NCBI GenBank assembly: GCA_963811165.1
Contig: CAWEQH010000004.1
Location: forward strand, 64,001-128,000
Source of the DNA: an uncultured Nitrospiraceae bacterium
Lineage (GTDB): Bacteria; Nitrospirota; Thermodesulfovibrionia; Thermodesulfovibrionales; UBA6898
Direction: 5' to 3'
DNA length: 64,000 bases
The stretch's first letter is position 1; every line of letters begins with the position of its first letter. The notes below the pieces were generated by a model that saw only the letters and a list, made by a program, of their open reading frames with translations, was not told the origin of the DNA and searched no databases. Shown here piece after piece: positions 9,966-19,771 of the stretch. The position numbers were made by a program, and so were the translations under genes.

Positions 9966-10871
9966 TTACCTATTCTTATTTAGAACATCCATAATAGAAT
10001 CTATAGGAAGAACAACTGCGTACCCTGAGTTGGCCAAGCTAAATACATTGATATCTCCTTCTCCTTTTCCCTTCTTCTGTAAAACCAATGCAGGTTCCAC
10101 AGATGGCACAAACTGTATGACTATTCCAATAATACTGTAGGAAACCGCACCGTCCTTATTGTGTAATGCAATTACAGACCCTCCGCTATTTCCGTGATTA
10201 ACTAGGCAGTCAATTATGATGGTCCTTAAATTATCATTTTTGCCCGCGATAATGCCCTTTCTAATTAGCGGAGAAGAAAAATCTATTTGTGGAATGTTTT
10301 TTAACCCTATAGCTGCTGGATAACCTAAAACAAAAATATCATCTGAAATGTAAACATCCTTATAATAGGTAAACATTTCTGGGGTCGCCCCTATGGATGC
10401 AGCACCAGAGACGTTCTCATGGCTAGTTACACCTGCTATGGGTTTTAAAGCCCTGAATTTTACTCTGCCGTCCTTTACCATTTCAGCAATTTTAATTACG
10501 ACAACATCCCGACCGGCGTTGAATAATATAGATTTGTTAGAAGCCAGGAGGTCAAGATCTAAATCAAGGCTAGTTTGTTTATTGCGAGAGGGCATAAAGT
10601 TATACAAAACGTCCAAACTGATCAGTCTGGCTTTTTTACTTATTAAGGTGCCGTCTTCAGAAAACAATACATGTTTCGCGGTGACAAAATATTGCCCATC
10701 TTCTGTCATAACGAAAAACCCCGATCCAGAAATCTGCTGGTTTAGCTCGACCGAAGCTACCATTCTTTGTGTGATCGGGTCTAATCCTCCAGTCCTAGAA
10801 ATTCTGGGTGATGCGCACCCAAAGACGCTAAGGCAAATTATTATGGTGACTATCACTATATTCCTTTGCAT
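9966..10871 (-). CDS. Trypsin-like serine protease, lipoprotein
   Basis: Lipobox VFGC; GSGF, VTAKHV, DVVVI, LGYP, NHGNSGGSV. Confidence 0.85.
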   Translation of the reverse strand: MQRNIVIVTIIICLSVFGCASPRISRTGGLDPITQRMVASVELNQQISGSGFFVMTEDGQYFVTAKHVLFSEDGTLISKKARLISLDVLYNFMPSRNKQTSLDLDLDLLASNKSILFNAGRDVVVIKIAEMVKDGRVKFRALKPIAGVTSHENVSGAASIGATPEMFTYYKDVYISDDIFVLGYPAAIGLKNIPQIDFSSPLIRKGIIAGKNDNLRTIIIDCLVNHGNSGGSVIALHNKDGAVSYSIIGIVIQFVPSVEPALVLQKKGKGEGDINVFSLANSGYAVVLPIDSIMDVLNKNR

Positions 10872-11056
10872 TGGCCCTCCTAGAAATGTGCAATTGTAGC
10901 TGAAAGATGCTCGTTATAGAAAGAACTTTTTTGACGTGTTCGATATTGTGGGTCCCGTCTCGACTACCGAACCGCAGAATGTGGAATTATTCCTCAAAAT
11001 GGAAAAGAAGACTATCAGTAACATTTTGATTTATAAGTAATTGACTCGGAGAGTAT

Positions 11057-11134
<78 letters not shown>

Positions 11135-11296
11135 AACTTTCTAAGTTACCGAATTGCTCAGGAAAAAGTCAATCTACGGTTACCTTAATGAAGAGGCAAC
11201 AGTGAAGTTGAAATTAGGGGATAATTGGTTTATCATTGCATGGTGGCTTTTTGTACTGACAGTGCGTGAATTATTTTCTTATCTGAAGGAGAAACC

Positions 11297-11794
11297 ATCT
11301 CATCCATCATTGTCGACGGCTATAACCTTATAGGGACTTCCCACGACGATTTGAGCGCGGAGAGGGAAAAGTTACTACGCCTCCTTTCTGAATACCGCAA
11401 GATGAAGGTTCATGATATCACCGTCGTCTTCGACGGCTGGAAATCGGGCGGCCCGAAGGAAGAGACCCTTAAGACCGGCGGTATCACGGTTATCTATTCC
11501 AGGCTCGGAGAAAACGCCGATTATGTCATAAAGAGGATTATAAGCGGGGACAAAAGAGAATGGATCGTAGTTACTTCGGACCGGGACATCGCGGCGTTTG
11601 CGTGGGCCAATGGAAGCATTGCAGTTCCCTCCGACCGTTTCAGGGCAGTTATCGGCGAAGCGGGGTTGTTTTTCGGGGGAGAGTATGAACCTCTTGATGA
11701 AGACGAGGGTCCCGGCGTGCGGCGCGGGAAGGGGAATCCCAGGACCCCCTCCAAAAAAGAAAAGGCGCTGATGAGGGCATTGAGGAAATTGTGA
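11297..11794 (+). CDS. YacP/Rae1-like NYN-domain ribonuclease (apparent ATC start)
   Basis: IIVDGYNL, VVFDG, ADYVI, VVTSDR motifs; SD AAGGAG 5 nt before ATC at 11297. Confidence 0.85.
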   Translation: MSSIIVDGYNLIGTSHDDLSAEREKLLRLLSEYRKMKVHDITVVFDGWKSGGPKEETLKTGGITVIYSRLGENADYVIKRIISGDKREWIVVTSDRDIAAFAWANGSIAVPSDRFRAVIGEAGLFFGGEYEPLDEDEGPGVRRGKGNPRTPSKKEKALMRALRKL

Positions 11795-12675
11795 TCAGAA
11801 AAGTTATCCCGGACCTAAGGCCGGCCGATTCTCTGAATCTGGTCTTTCTCTTTTTCTTGAGTCTGTTGGTCCTTGTCTTCCACAGGAGACTTAACGGTCA
11901 CGGCGGACTTGCGTTACTCTACGCAGCCCTTTTCGTGACTCAGATCGTTCTTATACGGTTCAAAAAAAGCACCGGCCTTGTGAGCTGGGTCTACGACCTG
12001 ATATTCCCTACCGTATGCATACTTATCATTTTTGACAGCCTTGAAGGTCTTGTCCACTCGATCAACCCGCGGGACATAGATCCCCTGCTCATAAGACTCG
12101 ATTATGCGATATTCGGTTTTTACCCGACGGTGATGCTGGAAAAGTTTATGTACCCCCTTCTCACGGACGTTATGCAGTTGGCATATTGCAGCTACTACGT
12201 CCTTCCGATCACGCTCGGCGTCTTTCTAAAGATAAAGGGGGAAGACCTCGCTTTCGACCGTTCGCTGTTTCTCATCATGCTCTGTTTTTATCTTTCCTAC
12301 ATAGGCTATATGCTCATGCCGGCGCTCGGTCCCAGATACACTATTGCCCACCTCCAGAGCAGCGACCTCAGAGGGTACCTCATCGCCGGCCGCCTTCAGG
12401 ATCTGCTGAACCGGCTGGAAGGCATCAAACGCGACGCTTTCCCCAGCGGGCACACCGGCATTGCGCTCACCGTCCTCTACCTTTCCCGCGTCCATGCGAA
12501 GGGGCTCTTTAGGGTTTTCCTCCCCTGCGTGATCGCGCTTATCTTGTCGACGGTTTACTGCAGGTACCATTATGTGGTAGATGTATTAGGAGGGATAGTG
12601 CTGGCCCTTATTACTATATTTCTTGGAGAGGCCTATTATGGATACAGGGCAAAGAGAATCGATATTACTCGTTGA
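11791..12675 (+). CDS. PAP2 family membrane phosphatase (AUR1/IPC-synthase-like)
   Basis: PALGPR, AFPSGH, YCRYHYVVD motifs; multiple TM segments. Confidence 0.88.
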   Translation: MIRKVIPDLRPADSLNLVFLFFLSLLVLVFHRRLNGHGGLALLYAALFVTQIVLIRFKKSTGLVSWVYDLIFPTVCILIIFDSLEGLVHSINPRDIDPLLIRLDYAIFGFYPTVMLEKFMYPLLTDVMQLAYCSYYVLPITLGVFLKIKGEDLAFDRSLFLIMLCFYLSYIGYMLMPALGPRYTIAHLQSSDLRGYLIAGRLQDLLNRLEGIKRDAFPSGHTGIALTVLYLSRVHAKGLFRVFLPCVIALILSTVYCRYHYVVDVLGGIVLALITIFLGEAYYGYRAKRIDITR

Positions 12676-13342
12676 GGACGAAAAAAAAATTTCCGATATC
12701 GTCAGGGCCTATCTCGAAAAAGAGGGATACAGGGTAAGACCGGCTGAGACAGGCGAACAGGCGCTGAAACTCCTTAAGGATACGGTCGACCTCGTCATTC
12801 TGGACTTGATGCTTCCTGATATGCAGGGTGAGGAGCTCTGCAAGATAATACGTGAGGGCTCGGACGTGCCGGTGATTATTTTGACTGCCAAGAGCGGCGA
12901 AGAAGACAGGATCAAGGGGCTCGGGATAGGGGCCGACGACTATGTGGTCAAACCCTTCAGCCCCAGAGAACTCGTTGCCAGGGTTAAGGCGCAGTTAAGA
13001 AGGTCCGGGAGGACGAAGAAGAAACTCCTTAGCTATAACAGCGGCACGTTGAAGATAGACATCAATAATCGTGAGGTCTTCCGGGACGGCAGGCTTGTCA
13101 TACTCACTCCTACGGAGTTCAAGATCCTGCTCTCTCTTGCGGAGCAGCCCGGATGGGTCTTTTCCCGGGATCAACTGGTTACGATAGCGCAGGGGTTTGA
13201 TTTCGAAGGGTATGACAGAACGATAGACGCACATGTCAAAAACCTCAGGCATAAGATAGAAAAAGATTCCCGGGAACCTGAATACATCAAGACGGTATAC
13301 GGAGTAGGGTACAAATTTACGGGTATCCCCGATGCGGACTAA
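12638..13342 (+). CDS. OmpR family response regulator
   Basis: ILLVEDE, LDLMLP, GADDYVVKPF, RTIDAHVKNLR, TVYGVGY. Confidence 0.95.
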   Translation: MDTGQRESILLVEDEKKISDIVRAYLEKEGYRVRPAETGEQALKLLKDTVDLVILDLMLPDMQGEELCKIIREGSDVPVIILTAKSGEEDRIKGLGIGADDYVVKPFSPRELVARVKAQLRRSGRTKKKLLSYNSGTLKIDINNREVFRDGRLVILTPTEFKILLSLAEQPGWVFSRDQLVTIAQGFDFEGYDRTIDAHVKNLRHKIEKDSREPEYIKTVYGVGYKFTGIPDAD

Positions 13343-14693
13343 ACTCTTTTTCGCCTTCCTCGTTGTGATCGTGATCGCCCTTGTCTCCAACCTCATCTTA
13401 GAAAGGTCCATGTCCGAGGATTTCGAGGACTATGTCAGCGGTGCTAAAGAAGACAAGCTCTACTGGATACTCGCTGCCGTCGAAGGCAGCTACCCCGGCG
13501 GCAAATGGGATATGACGTCGCTGCACGAGGCGGTCCACTGGGCCATGATGCTCGGATTCGATCTGAAAATCACCGACGATAAGGGCAGAGAAGTCATTTC
13601 ATCAGAGGGGGTAATGCTGATGTTGTCGCCGTCGATGAGACGGAGAATGGAAGGCATTGTCGATCTGAATTCGGCGCAGGGTAGTTATGAGCAATATCCG
13701 CTTTTTGTAGAAGGCAGGGAAATAGGCGCCATGTACGCCAGGCAACTCGGGATGGTAGGCAGCGTCAATGAGAAAGAGGTATTATTTAGGAAAAGGGAGA
13801 AAGAGTTCCTCATTACGTCCTTTGCAACCGCGGGAGGCGGGGCCGTATTCATGGCGGTAATCTTCAGTCTATTCTTGTCGCGGCCCCTCAACAAGATGAA
13901 AAAAGCCGTCGAATCCTTTGCAAGTGGTGATTTCAGTGTCCGGGTCCCGGCCGGCTCCGGCAATGACGAACTCGGTAAACTCGCGCAGAGCTTCAATTTT
14001 ATGGCCGAGGCCCTTGAGAAAGAAGAGGCGTTAAGAAAACATCTGACCTCCAATATAGCCCATGAATTAAGGACGCCCCTTGCGATCATGAAGGCCAATG
14101 TAGAGGCCATGATCGACGGCGTAATCGACAACCGTCAGCAGGGACTCGAAAACATACGGCTTGAAGTTGAAAAACTTATTAGTCTCGTCGAGGGCATCGA
14201 GGACATGACCAAGGCCGAGGCGAGCTTTTTTTCGGGAAGAAATTATTCTGAGATCAACCTCGGGAAATTTCTCTCGATCGTTGCCGCAAAGCTGATGCCG
14301 CTTGCGGCCGAAAAGGAGCTCGACCTGAAGATTGTCCCCGGTGCTCCTGTACGTGTTTCCACCGACTCTGATAAACTCGAAAAGGTCGTCCAGAACATCC
14401 TCACCAACTCGATCAAGAATACCTTTTCAGGAGGGATAACGATAGAGTATGGGACGGACAAGGAGATGTTTTTTATCGAGATCAGAGATACGGGGAGCGG
14501 GATACCTGAAGACAAAATGGAGATGGTATTTAAGAGATTTTATAGGGGCGAGGATTCAAAGGGCATAGGACTCGGACTTGCGATCGTGAAGGAACTTGTT
14601 GATGCCATGGGCGGCCGGATCGAACTGACGAGCAGGGTGGGAGAGGGTACGGTATTCAGGATATGGCTGCCGATGCGTGAAAGAAGGAAATGA
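13332..14693 (+). CDS. HAMP sensor histidine kinase (BaeS-like)
   Basis: Two TM helices, HAMP (DELGKLAQSFNFMA), AHELRTPL, GIGLGLAIV. Confidence 0.92.
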   Translation: MRTKLFFAFLVVIVIALVSNLILERSMSEDFEDYVSGAKEDKLYWILAAVEGSYPGGKWDMTSLHEAVHWAMMLGFDLKITDDKGREVISSEGVMLMLSPSMRRRMEGIVDLNSAQGSYEQYPLFVEGREIGAMYARQLGMVGSVNEKEVLFRKREKEFLITSFATAGGGAVFMAVIFSLFLSRPLNKMKKAVESFASGDFSVRVPAGSGNDELGKLAQSFNFMAEALEKEEALRKHLTSNIAHELRTPLAIMKANVEAMIDGVIDNRQQGLENIRLEVEKLISLVEGIEDMTKAEASFFSGRNYSEINLGKFLSIVAAKLMPLAAEKELDLKIVPGAPVRVSTDSDKLEKVVQNILTNSIKNTFSGGITIEYGTDKEMFFIEIRDTGSGIPEDKMEMVFKRFYRGEDSKGIGLGLAIVKELVDAMGGRIELTSRVGEGTVFRIWLPMRERRK

Positions 14694-14956
14694 ACATTCC
14701 ATTTAAAAAGACGAAAGGCGGGATAGTGATAGAGGTGAAGGTTGAACCGAGGTCTTCAAAAAAAGGCATTGCGGGAGTTATGGACAATATGGTCAAGGTG
14801 AAGCTGACCGCCCCGCCGGTTGAAGGAGAGGCAAACGAACAACTGATCGAGGTCCTTTCCGAACTGACGGGTGTACGAAAATCGGACATCAGAATAGTCA
14901 GGGGCCTTTCGTCGAGGAGAAAAGTCGTAGAGATAAGAGGCGTGGATAATATCTGA
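14690..14956 (+). CDS. DUF167 / YggU family protein
   Basis: VKVEPRSSK, LTAPPVEGEANEQL, IVRGLSSRRK. Confidence 0.9.
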   Translation: MNIPFKKTKGGIVIEVKVEPRSSKKGIAGVMDNMVKVKLTAPPVEGEANEQLIEVLSELTGVRKSDIRIVRGLSSRRKVVEIRGVDNI

Positions 14957-14985
14957 TTTAACATAATTTCTTCACATTTTCTTCA
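14957..14985 (+). promoter_or_regulatory. OmpR-type direct-repeat box
   Basis: TTTAACA (14957), TTCTTCA (14968), TTCTTCA (14979) at an 11-bp period upstream of 15034. Confidence 0.55.
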
Positions 14986-15033
14986 TTAGTCTGTATTACT
15001 ATTTTTTATGGAGGTTGTTAAAAAAAGTCTTAG

Positions 15034-15345
15034 ATGGTAAGGACGATTTTTTTTGTAATAGCCCTGATCTTCTCGGTCTCTTTTTTTGCGTATGCCGAGG
15101 AAAACAATGTTACCCCCTATGGTGACTACTGCAGGGACTGCACTATTTACGGGACCTGCAAGGAAATTATCCCTCGACGGGTTGCGGTAATCGCCCTCGG
15201 CAGATATTACAGCGAAAGAGGATATAGGGTGGGCACGATCTACCACAAGGGGAGGTTCATCGAGGCCGAGATATTCAAAAACAACAGGCGGGTTGATGTG
15301 GTGCTGTTCGACAGGAAAACGGGAAGACTTCGGTCAATTTATTGA
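15034..15345 (+). CDS. Secreted hypothetical protein (PepSY-like C-terminus, CxxC motif)
   Basis: Signal peptide; PYGDYCRDCTIYGTC; VLFDRKTGRLR. Confidence 0.7.
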   Translation: MVRTIFFVIALIFSVSFFAYAEENNVTPYGDYCRDCTIYGTCKEIIPRRVAVIALGRYYSERGYRVGTIYHKGRFIEAEIFKNNRRVDVVLFDRKTGRLRSIY

Positions 15346-15379
15346 CTTGTTCATACTGTACATTTCAAGGAGGTTTTCT

Positions 15380-15988
15380 ATGAAGAAGTTGCTGGCTATT
15401 TGTGCCGTCGGTATGTTTCTTTTTGCCTGGGCCGGCTTTTCTGAAGCGATGATGTGCGATAAAGGCATGGGGATGGGGGACGAGCATCCGGTGCTTGAGA
15501 AACTCAAATCGCTCGGACTTGATGAGAAACAGATGGGTGAGGTGAAAGCGGTCCACTTCAAAGTGATGAAGGAGACCATCAAAAAAAGAGCCGATATGCA
15601 GGTTGCCCGAGTTGAATTAAGGGAAATCCTCGACCAGGACCCTGTTGATGTAAAGGCTGCAGAGGCCAAGATAAGGCAGATCGAGGGGCTGAGCGGAGAC
15701 ATCAAAATAATGCATATAAAGGCCCATGAAGAGGTCAAGAGCAAGCTTACCCCCGAGCAAAGAAAGATGTTCGCAGCGATGATGCCGATGATGCACGGCG
15801 GCATGATGGGCAAGATGAGGTGCGAATGCGGCCGGAAGGGCAAAATGAAAAAATATAAGGAGTGCGGGATGATGGGCAAAGGCATGATGAACCGTGATGA
15901 CGATGATGATATGTTTTCAGGGGACTACCCTGACCACGCCGGTGAAATGCCGTCAATGGACCATCAACATATGCATCACGGGCGGTAG
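15380..15988 (+). CDS. Spy/CpxP-like periplasmic chaperone or metal-binding protein, Met/His-rich
   Basis: SD aaggagg; signal peptide; LGLDEKQ and LTPEQRK (LTxxQ) motifs; MMG and H-rich tail. Confidence 0.85.
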   Translation: MKKLLAICAVGMFLFAWAGFSEAMMCDKGMGMGDEHPVLEKLKSLGLDEKQMGEVKAVHFKVMKETIKKRADMQVARVELREILDQDPVDVKAAEAKIRQIEGLSGDIKIMHIKAHEEVKSKLTPEQRKMFAAMMPMMHGGMMGKMRCECGRKGKMKKYKECGMMGKGMMNRDDDDDMFSGDYPDHAGEMPSMDHQHMHHGR

Positions 15989-16061
15989 GGCCCTTAGTGC
16001 GCGTTGCCGCCGGCGGGTCTGATTGTGGCGGCGGCGTTTTATATATATTTCTCTCCTATAG

Positions 16062-16089
16062 AGCAGGTCAAAAGCCTGCTTTTTTTTTT
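16062..16089 (+). terminator. Intrinsic terminator
   Basis: agcagg-tcaaaag-cctgct hairpin followed by a T run. Confidence 0.75.
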
Positions 16090-16192
16090 GAAGAACTGGT
16101 CTGTCTTAGTAATTTTTTCTAACCGTCTCCTGATTGTGGATCAAGTGGAAAAAGTTTTATGAATAATACAGTCAATTGCCTCTGATTTAGCC

Positions 16193-16239
16193 ACCCTATA
16201 TGTTGTGGCTTATCCAATCAAACGCACAACATAAGAGGA
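16193..16239. promoter_or_regulatory. Putative NrdR box pair
   Basis: accctatatgttgtgg (16193-16208) fits acaCwAtATaTwGtgt; a weaker half-match gcacaacataagagga starts 31 bp later. Confidence 0.45.
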
Positions 16240-16264
16240 TTATCGAAATGCCAGTTTTTTTCCC

Positions 16265-16320
16265 TTGACATAAGAAACGTTCTCCCTTATATTTAAGTGG
16301 TAAATAGTGGTAGAAAGTGG
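16265..16320 (+). promoter_or_regulatory. dcw sigma70 promoter and MraZ operator
   Basis: TTGACA-17 bp-TATATT, then AGTGG three times at a 10-bp period (16296, 16306, 16316). Confidence 0.85.
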
Positions 16321-16327
16321 AGGAGAT

Positions 16328-16780
16328 GTGCCAGCTTTCTCTGGAAAATATTATTACACGTTAGACCCAAAGGGTAGAGTCATAGTACCTGCTCCTTTTC
16401 GGGAAATTATTTCATCTAATTATAATCCCAAGCTCTATGTTGTCAATGATATTTTCGACAACTGTCTCCATATTTATCCGCAAGAAGAATGGAGCAAGCT
16501 CGAAGAGAAGGTCCGGACCCTTCCAAAAATGGATGAAGACGTAAAGCTGTTCATAAGGAAAGTCATAGGTTCCGCCCAGGAAGTGGAGATAGACAAACAG
16601 GGCAGGATTTTGGTTTCCGCGGCCCAAAGAGAAGACGCCGGCCTGCAGTCGGATATCGTTATCGTCGGACAACTGGACAAGATCGATCTATGGGACAGAA
16701 AAGAGTGGGATGCGGTAAATGATCTGTCCAAGATCGACAAGAAGGCGACGGCTGAAAAACTTGCGGCATACGGTTTGTAA
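16328..16780 (+). CDS. mraZ: Transcriptional regulator MraZ
   Basis: LDPKGRVIVPAPFR and IDKQGRIL repeats; first gene of the dcw cluster. Confidence 0.96.
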   Translation: MPAFSGKYYYTLDPKGRVIVPAPFREIISSNYNPKLYVVNDIFDNCLHIYPQEEWSKLEEKVRTLPKMDEDVKLFIRKVIGSAQEVEIDKQGRILVSAAQREDAGLQSDIVIVGQLDKIDLWDRKEWDAVNDLSKIDKKATAEKLAAYGL

Positions 16781-17656
16781 ATGACCGTCGAACATCTCCC
16801 GGTGCTGCTGAGGGAGGTGATCGATCTGCTCTCCCCGGCGGAAGGGGGGATATATATAGATGCAACTGTCGGACTAGGGGGACATTCTGAGGAGATATTG
16901 AAGATGATCGGTCAGGATGGAAGACTTATCGGAATCGACAGAGACGAAGAGGCACTGAGCAGGACGGCTTCACGCCTTAACGACGACAGGCTGATCCTCA
17001 GGAAGGGTAGTTTTTCAGGTATGGAAGAGATCCTCGGGTCAGCGGGCATTAACGAAGCCGATGGCATCCTCCTCGATCTGGGTGTCTCGATGATGCAGTT
17101 CAAAGACCTCGGGAGGGGGTTCAGTTTCTCCTCTGAAGAAAGGCTCGATATGAGAATGGACATTTCGCAGGATCTTTCGGCCTGGGATGTCGTAAACGAA
17201 TATCCCGAAAAAGACCTCGTGAGGATATTCAAGGAATACGGAGAGGAATATAAGGCGGTAAGGATCGTAAGGGCCATCGCCGGACACCGGATCAAAAAGA
17301 GTATCGATACCTGTGTGGAACTGGCCGAAATCGTCGGCGGGGCTATCGGCAGAAGGGGCAGAATACATCCGGCCACAAAGACTTTCCAGGCCCTCAGGAT
17401 CGAGGTCAACAGGGAGATCGATGAGCTTAAAGAAGGGCTTGATTCGTCCCTGAGGATACTGAAGAAGGGCGGAAGGCTTTGTGTTATTTCCTATCATTCG
17501 CTTGAAGACAGGATCGTGAAAAATTTTATGCGAGACAACGCAAGAGAAAAAAATGTGAGACTTCTCGTGAAGAAGCCGGTAGTGCCCGACATCGGCGAAA
17601 TGCGGATAAATCCCTCTTCACGGAGTGCAAAACTGAGAGGAGCCGAGAGACTATGA
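16781..17656 (+). CDS. rsmH: 16S rRNA m4C1402 methyltransferase
   Basis: HLPVLL, DATVGLGGHS, LDLGVS, HPATKTFQALRIEVN, SRSAKLR. Confidence 0.97.
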   Translation: MTVEHLPVLLREVIDLLSPAEGGIYIDATVGLGGHSEEILKMIGQDGRLIGIDRDEEALSRTASRLNDDRLILRKGSFSGMEEILGSAGINEADGILLDLGVSMMQFKDLGRGFSFSSEERLDMRMDISQDLSAWDVVNEYPEKDLVRIFKEYGEEYKAVRIVRAIAGHRIKKSIDTCVELAEIVGGAIGRRGRIHPATKTFQALRIEVNREIDELKEGLDSSLRILKKGGRLCVISYHSLEDRIVKNFMRDNAREKNVRLLVKKPVVPDIGEMRINPSSRSAKLRGAERL

Positions 17657-18048
17657 TACGTACTAAAACGGACGGCAATATGTTATCATTACTGTACAAA
17701 CCATTGTGTGTCGTAATCCTCTTATCAGGCTTGTTCGGACTCATTTGGCTCAGATCCGGCGTAGTGACAACCGCATACGACCTCAGGAATCTCGAAGAGA
17801 AAAAAATGGCGTCCCTCACAGACAGGAAAATGCTTCTCGCGCAGCGGGCAACCCTTATGTCACTGGAGAAGATCGACGCCTCGTTCCGTGGAAGCGTGCA
17901 GGGAAATACGAGACTCGCGGCAGGTGAGAATATGTTTTCAAACAGGGTAAGGGTGATACATATAAAGAGGAACGGCGTCCCCGGCACATACAAGGCTTCC
18001 CTTCAGGTTGAGGGACAAGGAGTGAGAGGAAAAGAAGGGGTTGAATAA
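17653..18048 (+). CDS. ftsL: Cell division protein FtsL-like
   Basis: Single TM plus coiled coil, positioned between rsmH and ftsI. Confidence 0.7.
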   Translation: MIRTKTDGNMLSLLYKPLCVVILLSGLFGLIWLRSGVVTTAYDLRNLEEKKMASLTDRKMLLAQRATLMSLEKIDASFRGSVQGNTRLAAGENMFSNRVRVIHIKRNGVPGTYKASLQVEGQGVRGKEGVE

Positions 18049-19771
18049 GAAACGCGCGATCATTCTGAACACGGCAATAGTATTCGGTTTTTTTGCGATT
18101 TTTTTGCGTCTCACCTCCTTGATGATATTCGATCACAAAGCGCTTGCAGAGAAGGCCAAACTCCAGCAGATGAAGGCCGAAGACATCCAGGCCACGAGGG
18201 GCAATATCTATGACCGCAAAGGCAGGGAATTCGCCGTGAACCTTGAACTCGAATCCCTTTATTGCGACGCAAAGGAAGTCGATATCGACGGCGAGAAGAT
18301 GGGGAAGCTCGCGACAGCCCTGGGAATGGAGCCCAAGGTGATCCAGGCCAAGTTTCAGCCGAACAAGAGGTTCACCTGGATCAACAGGAAGCTTTCTCCC
18401 GAGACTATCCAGAGGGTCAGGGCGGTCCTGGGGATCGGTCAAAATACCAGGTCTCAGGCGGCTGCGGGGTTCGGATTCGTACCGGAGGCCAAGCGCTTTT
18501 ATCCGAAAGGCATGCTTGCCGCCCATGTGATCGGCGCCGTGGGGCTCGACAACCAGCCCCTCGAGGGGGTCGAACTGAAATATGACAAGTACCTAAAGAC
18601 TTCCGGCGGCAAGGTATTATTCGAGAGGGACGCAAGCGGGAGGATGCTTTCTTCTGGTGTGAATATGGAGTCAAGGGGCAACGACGTCCTGCTTACCTTA
18701 GATGAGGGCCTCCAGTATATCGCCGAGCAGGAGCTCGACAAGACGATGGCGAAGTGGAGGTCCGTAGCTGCGACAGCCATCATAATGGACCCCTTTACCG
18801 GCGAGATCCTGGCATTGGCCAGCAGACCCTCCTATGATCTGAACGATATGGGAAGGGCGAATAAAAACGAAGTGAGGAACAGGGCGATTACCGATGTCTA
18901 TGAGCCGGGCTCCACATTCAAGATAGTAGTGGGGACGGCCGCCCTCGAGGAAGGCATATACAATCTGAATTCTCCCTTTGACGTCAGCCGGGGAAGCATC
19001 GAGGTCGGCGGCAAGGTCATTCACGACGCGCACCGCCATGGCCTGCTTACATTTAAGGAGGTAATACAGAAGTCGTCGAACGTAGGCTCTATCATGATCG
19101 GCGAGAGACTCGGCAAGGAGACTATCTATAAGTACGCAAAACTCTACGGGTACGGCGACCTAACGGGCATCGACCTGCCGGGTGAAGTTTCCGGGTGGAT
19201 AAGGAAGCCCGACAGATGGTCGGCCACATCCATCGGCGCAATCCCGATTGGCCAGGAAGTCGCGGTGACGCCGCTTCAGATCCTGCGGGCCTATTCCGCG
19301 ATCGCAAACGGCGGGTATCTCGTTCGTCCCCATATCGTATCAGAGATCAGGACCCACGAAGGACAGCCGCTGTTTACCTTCGATAAGGAACAGAAGAAAA
19401 GGGTGATCTCCGCCAAGACCGCAGCGGCCTTCAAAGATATTCTTAAGACGGTCGTCGAAGAAGGCGGGACCGCAACAGGGGCCTCGGTGGACGGCAACAA
19501 GGTCGCGGGAAAAACAGGGACTGCCCAGCTTGTCGACCATAGGACCAAAAGATATTCGAAGGACAGATACATAAGCTCTTTTGTGGGCTTTGTTCCGGCG
19601 GACGATCCGAAGTTCGCCATGATCATCGTGGTGTATGAGCCTAAGGGCGCTATCTACGGCGGTGTTGTGGCGGGTCCGGCATTTAAGAGCATCGCGGACC
19701 AGGCGCTGTCCTATATGAACGTGCCGAGGGACGACACCAGTGAAAAGAACCTCCTGCTCGTGTCGAAATGA
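18041..19771 (+). CDS. ftsI: Class B penicillin-binding protein (septal transpeptidase)
   Basis: RGNIYDR, EPGSTFK (SxxK), SSN, KTGT. Confidence 0.95.
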   Translation: MNKKRAIILNTAIVFGFFAIFLRLTSLMIFDHKALAEKAKLQQMKAEDIQATRGNIYDRKGREFAVNLELESLYCDAKEVDIDGEKMGKLATALGMEPKVIQAKFQPNKRFTWINRKLSPETIQRVRAVLGIGQNTRSQAAAGFGFVPEAKRFYPKGMLAAHVIGAVGLDNQPLEGVELKYDKYLKTSGGKVLFERDASGRMLSSGVNMESRGNDVLLTLDEGLQYIAEQELDKTMAKWRSVAATAIIMDPFTGEILALASRPSYDLNDMGRANKNEVRNRAITDVYEPGSTFKIVVGTAALEEGIYNLNSPFDVSRGSIEVGGKVIHDAHRHGLLTFKEVIQKSSNVGSIMIGERLGKETIYKYAKLYGYGDLTGIDLPGEVSGWIRKPDRWSATSIGAIPIGQEVAVTPLQILRAYSAIANGGYLVRPHIVSEIRTHEGQPLFTFDKEQKKRVISAKTAAAFKDILKTVVEEGGTATGASVDGNKVAGKTGTAQLVDHRTKRYSKDRYISSFVGFVPADDPKFAMIIVVYEPKGAIYGGVVAGPAFKSIADQALSYMNVPRDDTSEKNLLLVSK

